NCBI GenBank assembly: GCA_036172245.1
Contig: JAYWIR010000012.1
Location: 2,666,001-2,730,000 of the forward strand
Source: Raillietiella orientalis
Lineage: Eukaryota
Length of the DNA stretch: 64,000 nucleotides
Reading direction: 5' to 3'
Under the pieces are notes generated by a model, which saw only the letters and a list, made by a program, of their open reading frames with translations, made no database searches and had not been told where the DNA came from. A program made the position numbers and the translations under genes. This document shows, one piece after another, positions 14,006-26,480 of this stretch; within the stretch, counting starts at the first letter, position 1; each line of letters opens with the position of its first letter.

Positions 14006-15289
14006 TAGTCCGTCCGTGGTTGCCTTTTAGCTTGAAGAGAATGGCAATCACAAGGTTGCAAGGGAAGGCAGCCATCCATCATTCCGAGGTTTCTCTTGAA
14101 GATTTCTGAAATTCGAATGTGTGCGTGCGCGCTTGCGCGCGTGTGTTTTCCATATGTCTTTCAAGCAACTCGATTGCAGCTTTTGAATGTATTATGCACT
14201 TAACGTGCCTTCCCCAAAATTGCATTATAAGGATGCATTCTTAGACCGGGGCAACGCAGCCCTTTATGCTGGTCTCCGGGCAGTCACCAGCAGCAACTGA
14301 AAGCTGAGGTTGTTTTCGAGCGCCGGATGGAGTTCCCCTCTGCAAAACAATAAGCGAAGAGTTGCTCGAAGGGGAAAAAATCACGCAGCGTCAGCCAAAG
14401 AAATTTTCAGTCCCGCAGAAGATAGCGGACGTCTGCACTCCAGAGTTTCTTGTGCTTTTTACGGCCTCCAGCATCGAAAATCAAGATCTGCATTCCATAC
14501 CAGCGTTTATCAGGTCTTCCAGCCGCTGGATTTCCGTCATCTAGAAAACGCGCCGCTGTTCTTCTGCCCCGGCCGCTTTTGTGGACGCCTGCGCTGTCAA
14601 GGTGAGCTCGTTTCCCGCGTTCCTCAGCTAGTGCCTCACTTCGGAATGCAGCGGCCGCCTGTGCTTCCCAAGTGGCCAACCAGAGCTGGTTTCAAGAAGG
14701 AGAAGCCGATAGCAATCTTGTGGCTCGCTGCCGACGTGAGCGCAGTCGCACGCACGCGTCTGTTACGCCGCCGGACATCAGTTTCGGGCAGGGTCTACAG
14801 ACAGGAACCGCTCACCCCGCAACCGCCAACTTGCCCTCGTTATTCTTCCACCTTCTGAACGCTGTGATGATGATGGTGCCCTCACCAGAAGGACGAGTCC
14901 CAAAGACCTGCTTTTTGAGGAGACCCCTGACCAAAAAAGGACTATGTTGGTCACCGCCTCGGCAGGTAGCTGCAAAGATGGCGCGAAATCGCGGTGTCGA
15001 CAAGGGATTCGGGCGTCGGCAGGAAGCAACAGTACGAGAGAGCGCGATCTTTAGCCGCTCACTGATGCTGCCATTCGTCTTTCACGAAGATCACTTTGCG
15101 CACGCGACCGCAACCGCGAGCTGAGCAGCTGCCGAAACTGCGGATCGGGAACCATCTGTGGACAGTCTTTCCATCCGGGTGCTCCGGGGCATTTCTCGTT
15201 AATAATAAACGTGCAAAAGCGATGGCAGGACACTCGGTCCTGACACGTTCATCTAAGGCGGAACTTGGAGAGAGACCGGTACGAAGACT

Positions 15290-15900
15290 ATCGGGATATC
15301 TGCAAATAGTTGTTTCCTCGGCAGCAGAGGGGAGGGAGACAAACAAAAAATAAAAAGGTTAATGTAAAAAAAAATCTCTGGAGGAATCGAGAAGGGATCA
15401 CTGTCTACTGGAGAGCGTGCCCTCTGCATCCTTGCTAGGATGCCGGCAAGTTCCTGTTGCACGTCTTCCAGATGGGGCCATCTCGTTGCATCCTCAGGAA
15501 ACGGACTGCAGAAAAGATAGAGTCCCCGTCGTCCTGGCCTTTTTCGGCAGCGCTTCAGGCAGCCACAAAGCTGTCTAGGCCAAAGTCAGACCGCCAGCCG
15601 CGCTCCCTGAGCAAAGAGCTGCTGGGGACGCGGCTGGCGTCAGAGCATACCGCTCAAAGAGGCGCTTGATAGGCCACGTCTCTGGGGTTGCCGTCAGGGG
15701 ACCCGCAGCGTCGCGGCAAAACGTCCCCACGGGGACACGGTGGGCAACGGAATCCGCGGGCAGATGTGGAGGGATTCTCTCTCTCCGCACCTGCTGCAGC
15801 CTGGGCTCACACCCTCCCCTTGAATCCAGTGATGTCGGCGGGCATTGCACGCCCCCCACTCCCACCCCAGTGAAACAGTAGGATCTCCGAGCCTGCAGTC
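15290..15900 (-). mobile_element. Diverged family A L1/Tx1-like 3' fragment
   Basis: Similar to the family A tail (CCTCTGCATCCTTGCTAGGATGCCGGCAAG...GGGCCATC...GCGGGCATTGCACG) with a T-rich 3'UTR. Confidence 0.65.
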
Positions 15901-16949
15901 ACTCGATGGGAAGGGTGTGGGGGTGTTCCTTAGCATTGGGGACCACTCGACATCTTTCCGGGGAATTCCGAGTAGCTTGCCCCACCTCTAAAGTCCTCCT
16001 TTGGGAGGGGGAGGGGAGAGGGAGGCTGTTCTGGCCCACGTGCACTTGGTGCGATACACGACGATCTCCTAGAGCGGACAGCTGCTGTAGAAGGAATGTA
16101 GCAATCTCTGTCCTGGCTCAGGGCTGGTCTCGTTTTGGGGCAGTCGGATGCGGCTTCCGGTTGCGCCTCCCTCTCCGGTCCTCCGCGTCTCTCGGATGCA
16201 CAAGGCTTCCTGGAGCTGGAAGCCGGCGATCTTCTTGCGAGTCGCATTTGAAAGACAAAGGCGCCAAAAGAGAGAGAAAGAGAGAAACACTTGGCAGTTT
16301 CCTCCCAGAAGCTCCGTGGAGACCTCATCTTCCCATGGCCTCCAAGCATTCCCCACCGTTCCCTCGTCTGGTTTCGCCCTTCCCTCCCTCGAGGAAAAAG
16401 TCCTCACCCCGCCTTCCGTTTGTCCCGGAGGCACCTTCCCTCGGCGTCTTCCTCCCCCCTCCCCCCTCCCAAGGGATACCCGGGTGCCTGTTCACCCTGA
16501 ACAGGAGACAGTCGGAGACGCGCTCCTTCCTCTCCTTCATCCCTTTTTCCGAAGCGATGATTTATCGGGCGGCTTGGTGTAATGACGCACCTCCGCGTTC
16601 CTAATGGTGAGCGGAGGCGGTCGGGTGTGCTGCTGCCAGGCTTGGCTCACGTCATCATTTCAGGGAGAGCTTTGCGCTCAGCTGCCTCCATCTCGGGCGA
16701 CACGGGAATAGCTTTCGGCCACGAGCACCTCAACGCGACACGCGCGCACCTGAGAGCGAGCCAAATAGCATGCAGCCACAAGTACAATCCGTACGGTAGC
16801 AGGGTCCGCGTGCGTGTACACATGGCTGCGTGCGCTGCGGCGCGGAATGGAGTGATGCTGATTTTGCGTGTTGGAAAGCATCGGAACGGCGGGTGCACGT
16901 GGACGAACCAACGGGCGTTCAGATCGTTGTTCCACGTGGAGGAGATCTC

Positions 16950-17460
16950 ACGAGTTTGCCCGCCTCCATCCGAGTTCGAGGAAGATGATGGGGAGTGGTG
17001 TGGGGGGAGGACTGCATCCCCGAACCGCTGTTCCAGGTGCGGGTCGATGGAGTCGACCCCGCACCGGCTGCTGGAACTACGGCGGTACCCTCCAGGAAGT
17101 GATGCCTTCAGCGCTCTTCCTCCACACTGAGGACCCTGCCAAGGACTCGCTGCGGCGATTCTTTGCAAGAGGCGGAGTCACGATGGGCGCCGTGACTGCG
17201 ACGACGTCCTGCCTCCGCGCCATCGTCACGGCGGTCCGCCACGTGCTCGAGACGGGCCTGGAGAAGGGGGGAGAGCCGTGATGGCAGCCGCCCACGTGAG
17301 GACGGCTGGCTGCGAGGTGGACTCACCTCGAAGAGGAAGTGAAGGCGGAGATCGCCGGGTCTGAACACCGGTAGCCCCTGCTTTCACCATCCCTTTATTT
17401 ATTTATTGTCCTCTCCCTCCCGTTCCCTATTTGCAGATATCCCGACCTGCATGTCCCTGG
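16950..17460 (+). mobile_element. Diverged family B-related L1/Tx1-like 3' fragment
   Basis: CSRCGSMESTPHRLLE zinc-knuckle remnant, AIVTAVRHVL, and nucleotide similarity ATGGCAGCCGCC...GAGGTGG...GGAGATCGCCG to 3080-3165. Confidence 0.6.
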
Positions 17461-18195
17461 GCCTTCCCCTTCGTCTTCGGTTGGGAACCGACTTCCTGAC
17501 TGGTTTATTTGTTTTTGTTAAATGAACGCCCCCGGGCGTGACTGGGCGATAATTCTAAGTTCGAGGGGCGGGCCAAAAAAAGAAATTCTTTCCAGCGAGC
17601 AGGCGACCAGGAGATGCGGGCAACCAGCAGGCTGCTTGGACCCGGTTTCCGAAGCAAAGACCGATGCGCTCCCCAAAGATGCGGAGCAAGAACAAATGGA
17701 CCACCTCCACGCTCGGGCTCTCCGTGGGCTCAGCGGTGCCTGCTAGCCCGCGAAAAATCTCAGCTTCCTCCGCAGCACAAACAAACACAGGAACAGGGCA
17801 ATTTGTAATCCTGGGAAGTGAAATGGATGGCACTGACGCCAGAGGCACTGACGTGTAGCAGGAAATGTGTTTTTTTTCGGGAAGGGGGGGACGGAATTCA
17901 TTCATCCCGAACGGCGTGCCCCTTTCAGCGTGTGCGCTGACGAGAGGAAACGAACGATCGGGAAAGATTCCAAACAACGCGGTGGCCGAGGCGCGGCAGC
18001 CTCCGGAAACGAAAGCCCCTGGACCACCTCCTTTCGGAATCGCTTCCCGGACAGCCATCCTGGTCCGTGAAGATGAGCGGACCCTCGGGAACCCGACGAA
18101 TCACGCATCCCGAAACGCGAATGGATGAGCCCAAAGATGCAGAGGTGGCCCTGTCCGGAGTCGATGCCAGCAGCGGTGGTGAAGCAGAGGACACG

Positions 18196-18770
18196 GCCCG
18201 CGTGGGCCGACCGAGCGGCTGCGGTCTCCGCGCTCGGCACCGGGAGTGGCGGGTTCGAATCCCACCCGGAGAAAGCATCGATGCCGAGAAGGGGAGGTGC
18301 GTCGTGGGTTTCGAATCACCCCCGCAGGACGACGCTGGTTAGCCTCTTCGGGTGCAGCATTGGAGGGAGCAGGATGTCCCCGTTGACTAGTCTGGATTGG
18401 AAATTGACCCTCCGGGATCCTTCCAGGCCATCAAGGAGCCCTTCCGAGTTTCTCCCCTCCAGTTGTGAAAATAAAGCTGCCCTCCCCTCGGAGGGGGATC
18501 CTTCATCGCGTAACACGGAGCTGGCTAATACCCCCCTGGGGGTCACCTCTCCGGAGCGTAAGAAGCGCGCGAAGGGAGCTTCGGGGTTCTCTCCAAAGGA
18601 GGAAGCGAAGAGCGGATCCTTTCCGGGTTCCCTTCGGAAAAGAAATGAGGAATGCTCCCCTTCCGGGTGGTCCCTTCGGAGAGAATAAGGAAGAGGTGGT
18701 TCCCTTCGCAAGCGTTAAGAGGAACGGACGCCTTTCTCCGGAGCCCCTCATGGATCCATACGGTGGATCT
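18196..18770 (+). mobile_element. tRNA-derived SINE, most complete copy (~570 bp)
   Basis: The tRNA-like head has a degenerate A box (GTGGGCCGACCGAGCGG) and a B box/T-arm GCGGGTTCGAATCCCAC (~18249-18265). The body is shared with 5 other copies and has a common 3' end (GGAGCCYYYMTGGATCCATA). Confidence 0.75.
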
Positions 18771-18799
18771 ATTGGTCCGGGGTTGCCTCCTCACTCAGA

Positions 18800-19750
18800 G
18801 AGTCACACGCACCCTCGGGCGGCGCGAACAGTGTTCAGGGAACGCTTCTGTGAGAGATCCCAGCGGTATACATCTCCGAAGAGGTTCGGTGTCTGCCGAC
18901 TTCTCTTGAAGAGGGAGAGTGGCTGGCGGTGAATCTGGCGGGGAAGCGGCCGCTCTGATGCTTCCCCTCCCCTCAGGGTCTTCCGAAGCGGATTGACTGA
19001 TTGACCCAAAAGAGCAAATCTGCTGACCGGGGTTCAAGCTCGTCTGCCTCACATGGGGGACGGCAGCACATGCGGTCGCATCCCACCCCCGCGGAACGAA
19101 GAGATGCGCTACTTCCAGACGTGCCTGCCTCGTCCTCGTACGTCCCTCTCCAGCTCGTACGATCAGATAGCTCGGGTCGGAGGTTCTGTGAACATTCTGT
19201 GGTCGTACGGGTTGCTTGGGAGCGATAGCGCACGTGACTGGAAGGCGGGAAGCCGAAGGTGCCAAGCAAAACTGCCCACGGTGTCGGAATGTGGTAGATC
19301 TTCAAGTATCGGAGAGCAGAGCGAGAAGCCAGGAAGAAAAAAAGATCCATCGCTCCCATGGAGGGCTCCCTTCACTCTTCAGAACTCTTTGGGCAAAACC
19401 CGGCTGGAATTCCTGCCTGCAAGAGCAGCTGGAGGAGCAAGCAGGAATTTCCCCGAGGACCCGGAAGATAGCGCGCGATCCAGGCTTCAACCGGATCTGT
19501 TGCTCCGAGAAGAGGGGTGCACGTGACCATGCTGGACGCCGCCTGCTGTTTTAAGAACTCGCTGGCGACTTTGGAAGAGCCAAGAACTCCAAGAGACCCG
19601 GCACATCCGTCAAGAAGACGACGGTGTGGTGAGAGAGCCGAAGAGCGCGAAGTGGCAGGCGAGGCGCGTAAGGAGAAAGAATGGTGGTACTTTCGAACGC
19701 CGAGCCACAGCCCGGGTTGTGCAGTGGAGGTCGCGTGTGGTTCGCAGGTG
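18800..19750 (-). pseudogene. Decayed APE endonuclease fragment of an L1/Tx1-like ORF2
   Basis: Peptides FFFLAS...PWAVLLGTFG (GDFN-like) and SDPSYLIVR...RQARLEVAHLF (SRLD-like). Confidence 0.45.
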
Positions 19751-20077
19751 CCTGTTTTATGCACTGCGGGTGGTCTCAGTTTAGCTCCTGATCAAGATTC
19801 TCCCGTCGAACCGCCAGCATCACGCGCAGAGTCGTGAAGAGTAAAAAGAATGCCTCTGGCGCATCATCGACCATTGCAAGTATCATTCCCAGGTAATCAC
19901 GAAGAGCCACGACAAGCAGACCCATAGGATCAAGGGGATAAAGGTAGGCCAATGGGGGCGAGCTGCCTCCGACCGATTCCCAAGAGGGTTTTCACCCGTT
20001 GGTGCCGGGGCGTTTATTCTATAAAAACAAACAAACAAGTCGGGAAGACAGTCCCCTCCCCCCCTCTTCGCCAGAAA

Positions 20078-21087
20078 AACAGGAAGTTCAGAGACAAGGT
20101 TGCGCAGGACACGCAGGTCGGCTCCGGAGCAGTCCGGAACGGGAGGAAAGGGGACGGCAAATCAATGTATCAATCGAAGCAGAAGGGTGGGGACAAAGGT
20201 CTTCGGTTGGGGTCGCTTCTTCTTGCTGAGTACCGGCGCGGGATGACGGCGATCTCCAGCTCGACCTCTTCCAGGTGAGACCACCTCGCCTGCGCCCTCG
20301 TTTAGGCGGCTGCCATGACACTGCCCGCCGTGCCTTCGCCGCGTCCGAGGCACGGCGGGCAGTGACGGTGGCGCGGATGCTGCGCATCGCCGCAATCCCG
20401 GCGCCGGTCCAGAGAGAAGACTCGCCGCAGCAAGTGCTTGTCGCGGTGCCGGGGCGCTGAAGACAGACGCCGCCACGGTTCCCGGACTGCGCCGCGGTCG
20501 AAAAACCAGTCCGGAAGTGTTGGGGCGAACCAGCTGCAGGTTCGCACGCTGGTTGCGCTGGAAACGCCAGTGCGGAAACAGCCGGCCATCCCGTTTCCAC
20601 CTCAAGGGAATACCGCAGTGTTCACGCGGGAAGGAGGGACGACGAGTTGTTCGGAGAGGGGGAGAAACACGGCCGGCGGTTCGCTGCACCGAAGGAGTCC
20701 CTCCGCCTGGGGGCGAGGATTGAGCGGCGTTCACCAGCTCGCTCGGAGTTCGTCCAGTCACGCAGGAGTTTGGTCGCTCCTGCAGCGATGCAGGGCAACT
20801 CCCAGCCCGCTTGCCATCAGGGAAGACGGCGCTGCGGCAAGGGCTGTGGCGACCGAGCGGGCCACCTGTGGCAGCAATCGGAGCTGCCGATGTTGCACTG
20901 GGGATTCCCGCGCCATGTGCTGCGTCACCACTGGACGAAAAGACGTGCGGGAAGGTGGAGTAATCCTTCCCTCGCGTGCTGGTGCATCATGTTGCCCTCC
21001 AGGCATCGTGGGAACGGCTCTCCGCGGTCTTTCCCATCCCAGTGGGCAACCCTGTCATCTCCTGTGAAGCCTCTCTTCGTGCGGAGC
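20078..21087 (-). mobile_element. 5'-truncated L1/Tx1-like element, family B
   Basis: Reverse complement of 2325-3320 with few differences. Confidence 0.7.
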
Positions 21088-21499
21088 GCCATCAAGTCGC
21101 TTTCCATCAAGGAAGAAGGCGCTGCGGCAAGGGCTATGACGGGCTATCTGGGCGCACTTCGACGAGTCCTGCAGGGCATCCTCGAGCTAGCGGAGTAGGA
21201 AAGGGTACTCACCATTACTCTCGAGTTAATCTCTTCCTTAGAAAGCCGTCCAAAGACTTTGGAGGGTGGTGGGAAAGGAAGGCGAGCAAGTGCCGTACAC
21301 TTTTCTCATGTGGTTCTTCTCCCCGAATTGCAGGGACATTTATTTAACATAAATACACAAGATTTGTGCAGTTAGAGAAGGAGTGATGTGTGTCCTCCCC
21401 AATCCAGAGGGGAGTCAGTACCCTCTCTGGATTGAGAACTGGGGAGGAGTAGAGGGAAGGCCAATAAACAGGTGAAGAAATGGGGGATGGAATGGATCG

Positions 21500-23020
21500 G
21501 CCTCTGGCGAGCCTGCGTCGACCAGCGAAGGGACGGGAGGGGTCAGGAACCTTCCCAATTTTCCCTGCGCATCACGTTCGGGCCGGACGGCGTGAGTCCG
21601 ATCCAGGATGGCGTCCGCTCCACGGTCCTTTCACGGTCACTCGCTGCTAGCGCATGACACTCAGTCACCGGCGAGGGGACAGTGGGAAAGTCCTTGAAGC
21701 AGGGGGAAAGGGGGGAGGGAGAAGTGTCCGGGAAGAAAGGTGCAGCCCCCATTCCCGCGCTTGGAAAGCATGCGGGAGAGGGTTGCAGCTATCTCGCGGT
21801 GGATGAGGCCTTCTGACGACGTTCCTGGCATCGGGGGGAGGCCACAGCGCACCAGCACGTGGGACCCGGGCAAGAACAATGTCCTGGAGCTCCTGCAGAG
21901 GTGGGGCAACCTCTTGAGGAGACGTGCAGCACTCCCGCCTGATGTTCTTGGGAGGCAGAGGACGGGTGATCCTCCTGCCAGGAGATGGCGCTGATCGAGT
22001 TTCATGAGTGAAGGTCGCGGAGTTTCTCCCGCCCGCCCTTCCCAGCGACTCCACCGGGCGTCTCTGCTCATCAGAGATTGTCGCCGGAAGGCGTCAGATG
22101 GACCACCGGTCGCTCTGGGACCACCTTGGAGAGCCACAGGACCGGCCAGAAGCATGAGAGGAGGACAAAGTCCCCTTGGGGAAATGCTGGGAAAGCCTCC
22201 TTCTCCTCCCTCTCAATCTGCTTGGTCTGCGTGTGGCAGAGAAAGCGCGAGAACACGGAACAGAAAATCTACTACACGTGGAACACGGGTGTCTTCTTGC
22301 ATGCGGGGGCGATGGACCAGCAAACAGACGCTGCGACCCCGAGTGACCCAGCTGGAGGACTCTTGCATGGGTTGAGCTGCTCGGAATTCCGTAGGGAGAT
22401 CTGCAGTGGTTCCCAGTGCTTTTGGACACGCTCACCCTCCTCTTGAAGTGGCAGGGGTCGGCGCTGCTGCTGTTGCTGCTGCAATGGGGCCTCCCGTGCA
22501 GCGCCCGCCGGCATCACTGGACACGGGGGATAGGGGGAGTGGACCCGAGCTGTGTCAGGTGCGGGGAACGTGAATCCTTCCTCCACCTGCCTTTGGATTA
22601 TGTTGCCCTCCGCCCCCTCTGGGAAAGCTTTGTCGCGACCCTGGGAACTTCCCGGGACGTACGTGAAGTCCTTCGTCCGGCAGCCTCGCAAGAAGCTCCC
22701 TGCTGCCTAGGGGGGATCGTGGCTGCCTGGAGCAATGCAAGAGGAGGACCGAGAGACAGGGATGCCACATCCACTTCGCCGTTCGCTTCATGAAAATGGC
22801 AACGAGATGGCTCCACCTGAAGGACTGCATGCAGCGAGAGCTTTCCAGCATCATCGAAAGGATGCAGAGGACCGCCCCCAGCAGGACGCATCCCCTTCCC
22901 TCATCCTCTCCAAAGTTTGTTCATTTATTTATTTATTTCCTTTTTGTTCGCCACCCTCTGCTGCCGTGGCGGACCTCACCGGTCTGCGAACCGGTGGCGC
23001 GGCAGGTTAAATCTAAAAAA
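21500..23020 (+). mobile_element. Diverged family A L1/Tx1-like 3' fragment with the best-preserved zf-RVT
   Basis: KWQGSALLLLLQWGLPCSARRHHWTRGIGGVDPSCVRCGERESFLHLPLDYVALRPLWESF (ORF 22416-22793), followed by a T-rich 3'UTR. Confidence 0.75.
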
Positions 23021-25839
23021 GACGTGGTTGAACCTGTGGTCTAATCACAGATATCGTAAGTGTTAATTTTATATATGGAGAAGGGGTGCACCCAGGTGGC
23101 AATCCTGCGTGTGCGGAGTGCGCGTGACTGGGCAGCCGCTGCGGAGGAAGGGGACACCCGGGGATTCGAGCGAGCGCTGCTGCGGGAGAGGGAGTGGGTG
23201 GGGTCCCTCGAGCGCCATGCAGGAAGCGGTCCCCGGCCCGAGGTCGTGACTTCGGAGGCAGGCAGCAGCGGCATCGCTTTTTGCAAGCGCGGCAGATCCG
23301 CAGGCATAGCTGCTTCCAAGACGCTCTCTGTCACGCGCGCGTCCTGGCAGATTCCGTTTTTTGCGCCGGGCCTCCCCTCCCCCCCTCCTCTTCTTCTTTT
23401 TCCTTGAGTTTTTCCAATCAATAAATTACGAGGTTCTGTGCAAGATAACTTAGGGGGAGGGGGGGCTATTTTTACTAACTGGAGGAGAAGTCAGCTGGGG
23501 ATGGGGCAGGACACAGTACAACAAAGAGGGCGGCGAGATGAATGGAGGACTTGATGCTCGCGTAGCAACAGCACAACTCTCACCTTTTTTTCTTTTTTGT
23601 TCCTTCTCCTTTCTTTTTCTTTTCTTCTCCTCTTGTTTTTTTTTTTTTCGGGAAGGAATTTTATGGCAAGTCGAGGGAGGAGAGCGCAAGCCACCGCAGA
23701 GACGCAGGGTCGAGGCGTACCTTTGAAAGAAGCGGGGCACGGGAAGAGGAAGTGGAGGAGCGCGGACCGGCGACGTGGAGGCCGAGCAGGGAGGAGGATA
23801 CGACAGCGGACGGACAGGATGACGGTCGCCGAGGACACGGGCGAAGCAGGCGACGGGGAGGAAACCGACCATCGGGGGGATGAAGGTGGGGAGGAGGAGA
23901 CGTCCAATGAGAATGCGGCGGCGGGGACTGCCACCCGGCAAGCCACTTCTGGTCGACCCGTGCGCGCTCAGAGGGATAGCGGGGGCGAATGCCCGTGTCC
24001 ACGCGACGCTTATCGACAGCCTGCGCGTCTCGCGGAGAAGCATCTGCGGCTCGGCCATTTGCTCGGAGACCGCTGCCGCATCCATCCCGGTTGTTTCCCG
24101 AGGGCGCCTCCGCCGTTCGGTTCGCGCGAGAGGAAGACGGAAGGACCTTCCTCCGACCCTCGTGGAGCGGCCTCTCGGCCGTTCCGCGAGGGGTCGAAGG
24201 ATCCCCTTCTAGGATCGATCCCTGCAGCTCGCGAGGCGCACCACCCGCCCCATCTTTCGCGGGAGGCTGCCATCTGGAGAGCCGACCTCACCTGCGCGCG
24301 CCTCCCGAAATTCTCCGTGCTCTTCAAAGCGTCCGCCACCAGACCGGCCCAGTCGAGCTGAGGTTGTCGCCGCATCTTTCCTCCTCCTCCCCTCCCTCCT
24401 CCTCCGCCTCTTCTCTTTCGGTTAATCGCGGGTTTCCTGTTCCGTTTCGTGCCCGTAGAGCGTGCGTTTCTCCGGCACGCTTAGCAACGCAGAGGCAGCG
24501 CTCTCGCGGATCCGGGGGCAGGGCGCGCGGATTTGCTCCGAAGGGCAAGATGAGAGTTTCGCTAAGTCTTCCGCGTCCCCGCGCGTGCTTCCCTCGTGTT
24601 TCCCCCGCGAGTGCACCTCCAGGGCCTCCGTCCCTCATCCCGGAACAAAAGGATGCAGCTCGCTCGTGGCAGGGCTTTGTCCCCCAACATGTGCTGGGAG
24701 GGGGGAGAGAGAAGGATGAGAAGCTGCCGGTGTTCCTTTGGGGATGCCCGCAAGCGGCCCTCGTCGGATTCCTACATGGTTAACTGCTTCCAGAAGCTGA
24801 TCCTGTAAGGATACGAGGGAACTGTGCGAAGCCGAGAGCCAGCTAAAAAAAAACATTCCTTTTCTGGTGGGATGTTCCGGAATTTACCTCCTTTTTTTTT
24901 TATTTTACCTTTTGACTTTGGCGTCGAGATGAAAGGGAACTGGCGAGCCTATCCCGGAAGTGCTTCAATAAGCTCGCCAACCTGCTGCAGGAGAGACGCA
25001 GTCTCCAGGCATGACGACCCGTTTCGAAGTTGAAGTTGCGAGTGGCTGCTCAGGGCGCTCGGTATTTCGTTTTATTTTATTTTTTCCTCAATGAGCCAAA
25101 ACACGTGTTTCGTGTTTCTCTAAGTGGGTCTTCTTCCACGAAAGGTTTTTTTTTCGTGGCATCTTCCTGCGTTTCCTTGATTTCTCATCAGCAACCCTCC
25201 GAAGCAATCATTCTAAAATGCTTGTAACCTGTCTAATTCCTCCCCCCTCCCTCCCTCTCTCTCTCTCTCTCCTGCTCAGCTCCCCCTTCATGTTTTTAGG
25301 ATTTGGGGGCGCTCTGTATCTGCGCCGTCTTCCCTCCCAATCCCAACCAGTTTCGTGCTCTTCTACTAGATGGCATCGTAGTCGCGGCGGAGGAAACGAC
25401 CCCGAGACGGAAAGGAGCCTGTCGTACGGATCCCGCATCGCGGTGTTCGGCTTGCCCATAGCCTCCCTACCCGAACACGTAAAACACGGGACCCCCGTGT
25501 GCTTCCTGTCCCACACCGCGCGCCTTAATGCGGAAATCCCGCAGGAGCTCGCAGCTTGGGATTTTTGAAAACGGGTGCGACACGGCTTTCCTGTGCGGAG
25601 CGTGTACAACTGACGAGCACCTCCCGTGTGTAGGCAGGGAGCACGCAGCTTTCCCCTCGCATGCGTGTAAACCCCTTGGTTGTCGTCGAGCACGGGACGT
25701 TTAAAAAACAAAAAAAGAAGGGGGGGGGGGAGTCCTGCAGGGCGGTGGTTTTTCACCACCCGGTTATGCCGACGCATTCATTTTAAAAAGCGAAAATACA
25801 TCTTGGTGGTAGAACACTGGGCTCTGCCACGTGCTTGGA

Positions 25840-26480
25840 ACCTTGCAAAGACCGGCGAGATCCGCTTCGGCAGCTAGGGGGAGGAAGGGAGAACCGAAAG
25901 CGAAAAAATAAACAAACCCACACAAAAAAGGGAAAGTTTCACTCTTGGTGAGAGGTGGGGAGCGGGAAATAGAGGAAGGAGTCGCAGTTCGCTGCCAGGC
26001 GCATCCTTTGCACCCTGTCCAGGATGCTGGAGAGGTTGCTCCGGATGTTGCCCAGGTGGGGCCATCTCGTGGACGTTCCTCTTCATCCCGCACCCCAGGA
26101 CGCCACGATCCTGCGAGGACTGCAGAGAGCTGCGAGGGACGCACGCGGCTGGCGGCAGTGCGGCACGCACGCACGAAGAGTCGTTTCAAAGTAATCCCTG
26201 GGGCCGCCCGGCGGAATTGCGAGGGTCGCCTCTAGGCGATCCCAGAGGGGTAGGAGGGCAGCACAGTTTAGCAGCAGGGCGGTGGCGACGAGTGCTTTCA
26301 GGAAGATACTCGGAGAACCACAGATTGGAAGGAGGGAGGGAGGGAAGGATAGGGTGGAGTCCTTCACTGGGGTTCTCTCTCTCCCCCCTAACCCACTCCC
26401 TAACGGAAGCCAAGCCAGCGGCCGTAACTCCCACCGAAGAGGGCGTTCGCACGTGCATGCTGTGCGCCTAGCGTGGGGGG
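25840..26480 (-). mobile_element. Diverged family A L1/Tx1-like 3' fragment
   Basis: LLLNCAALLPLWDRLEATLAIPPGGPRDYF peptide and the shared 3'UTR. Confidence 0.7.

Noticed and set aside
18196..18275. Functional tRNA gene (also ~5900, ~30600, ~33940)
   Set aside because: Only the T-arm/B box is preserved, no full cloverleaf could be drawn, and each is followed by the same SINE body.
23950..24400. Possible RLE endonuclease tail on the minus strand (LKSTENFGR...VRSALQM...RERWGGW)
   Set aside because: The resemblance is too weak to call without an alignment.
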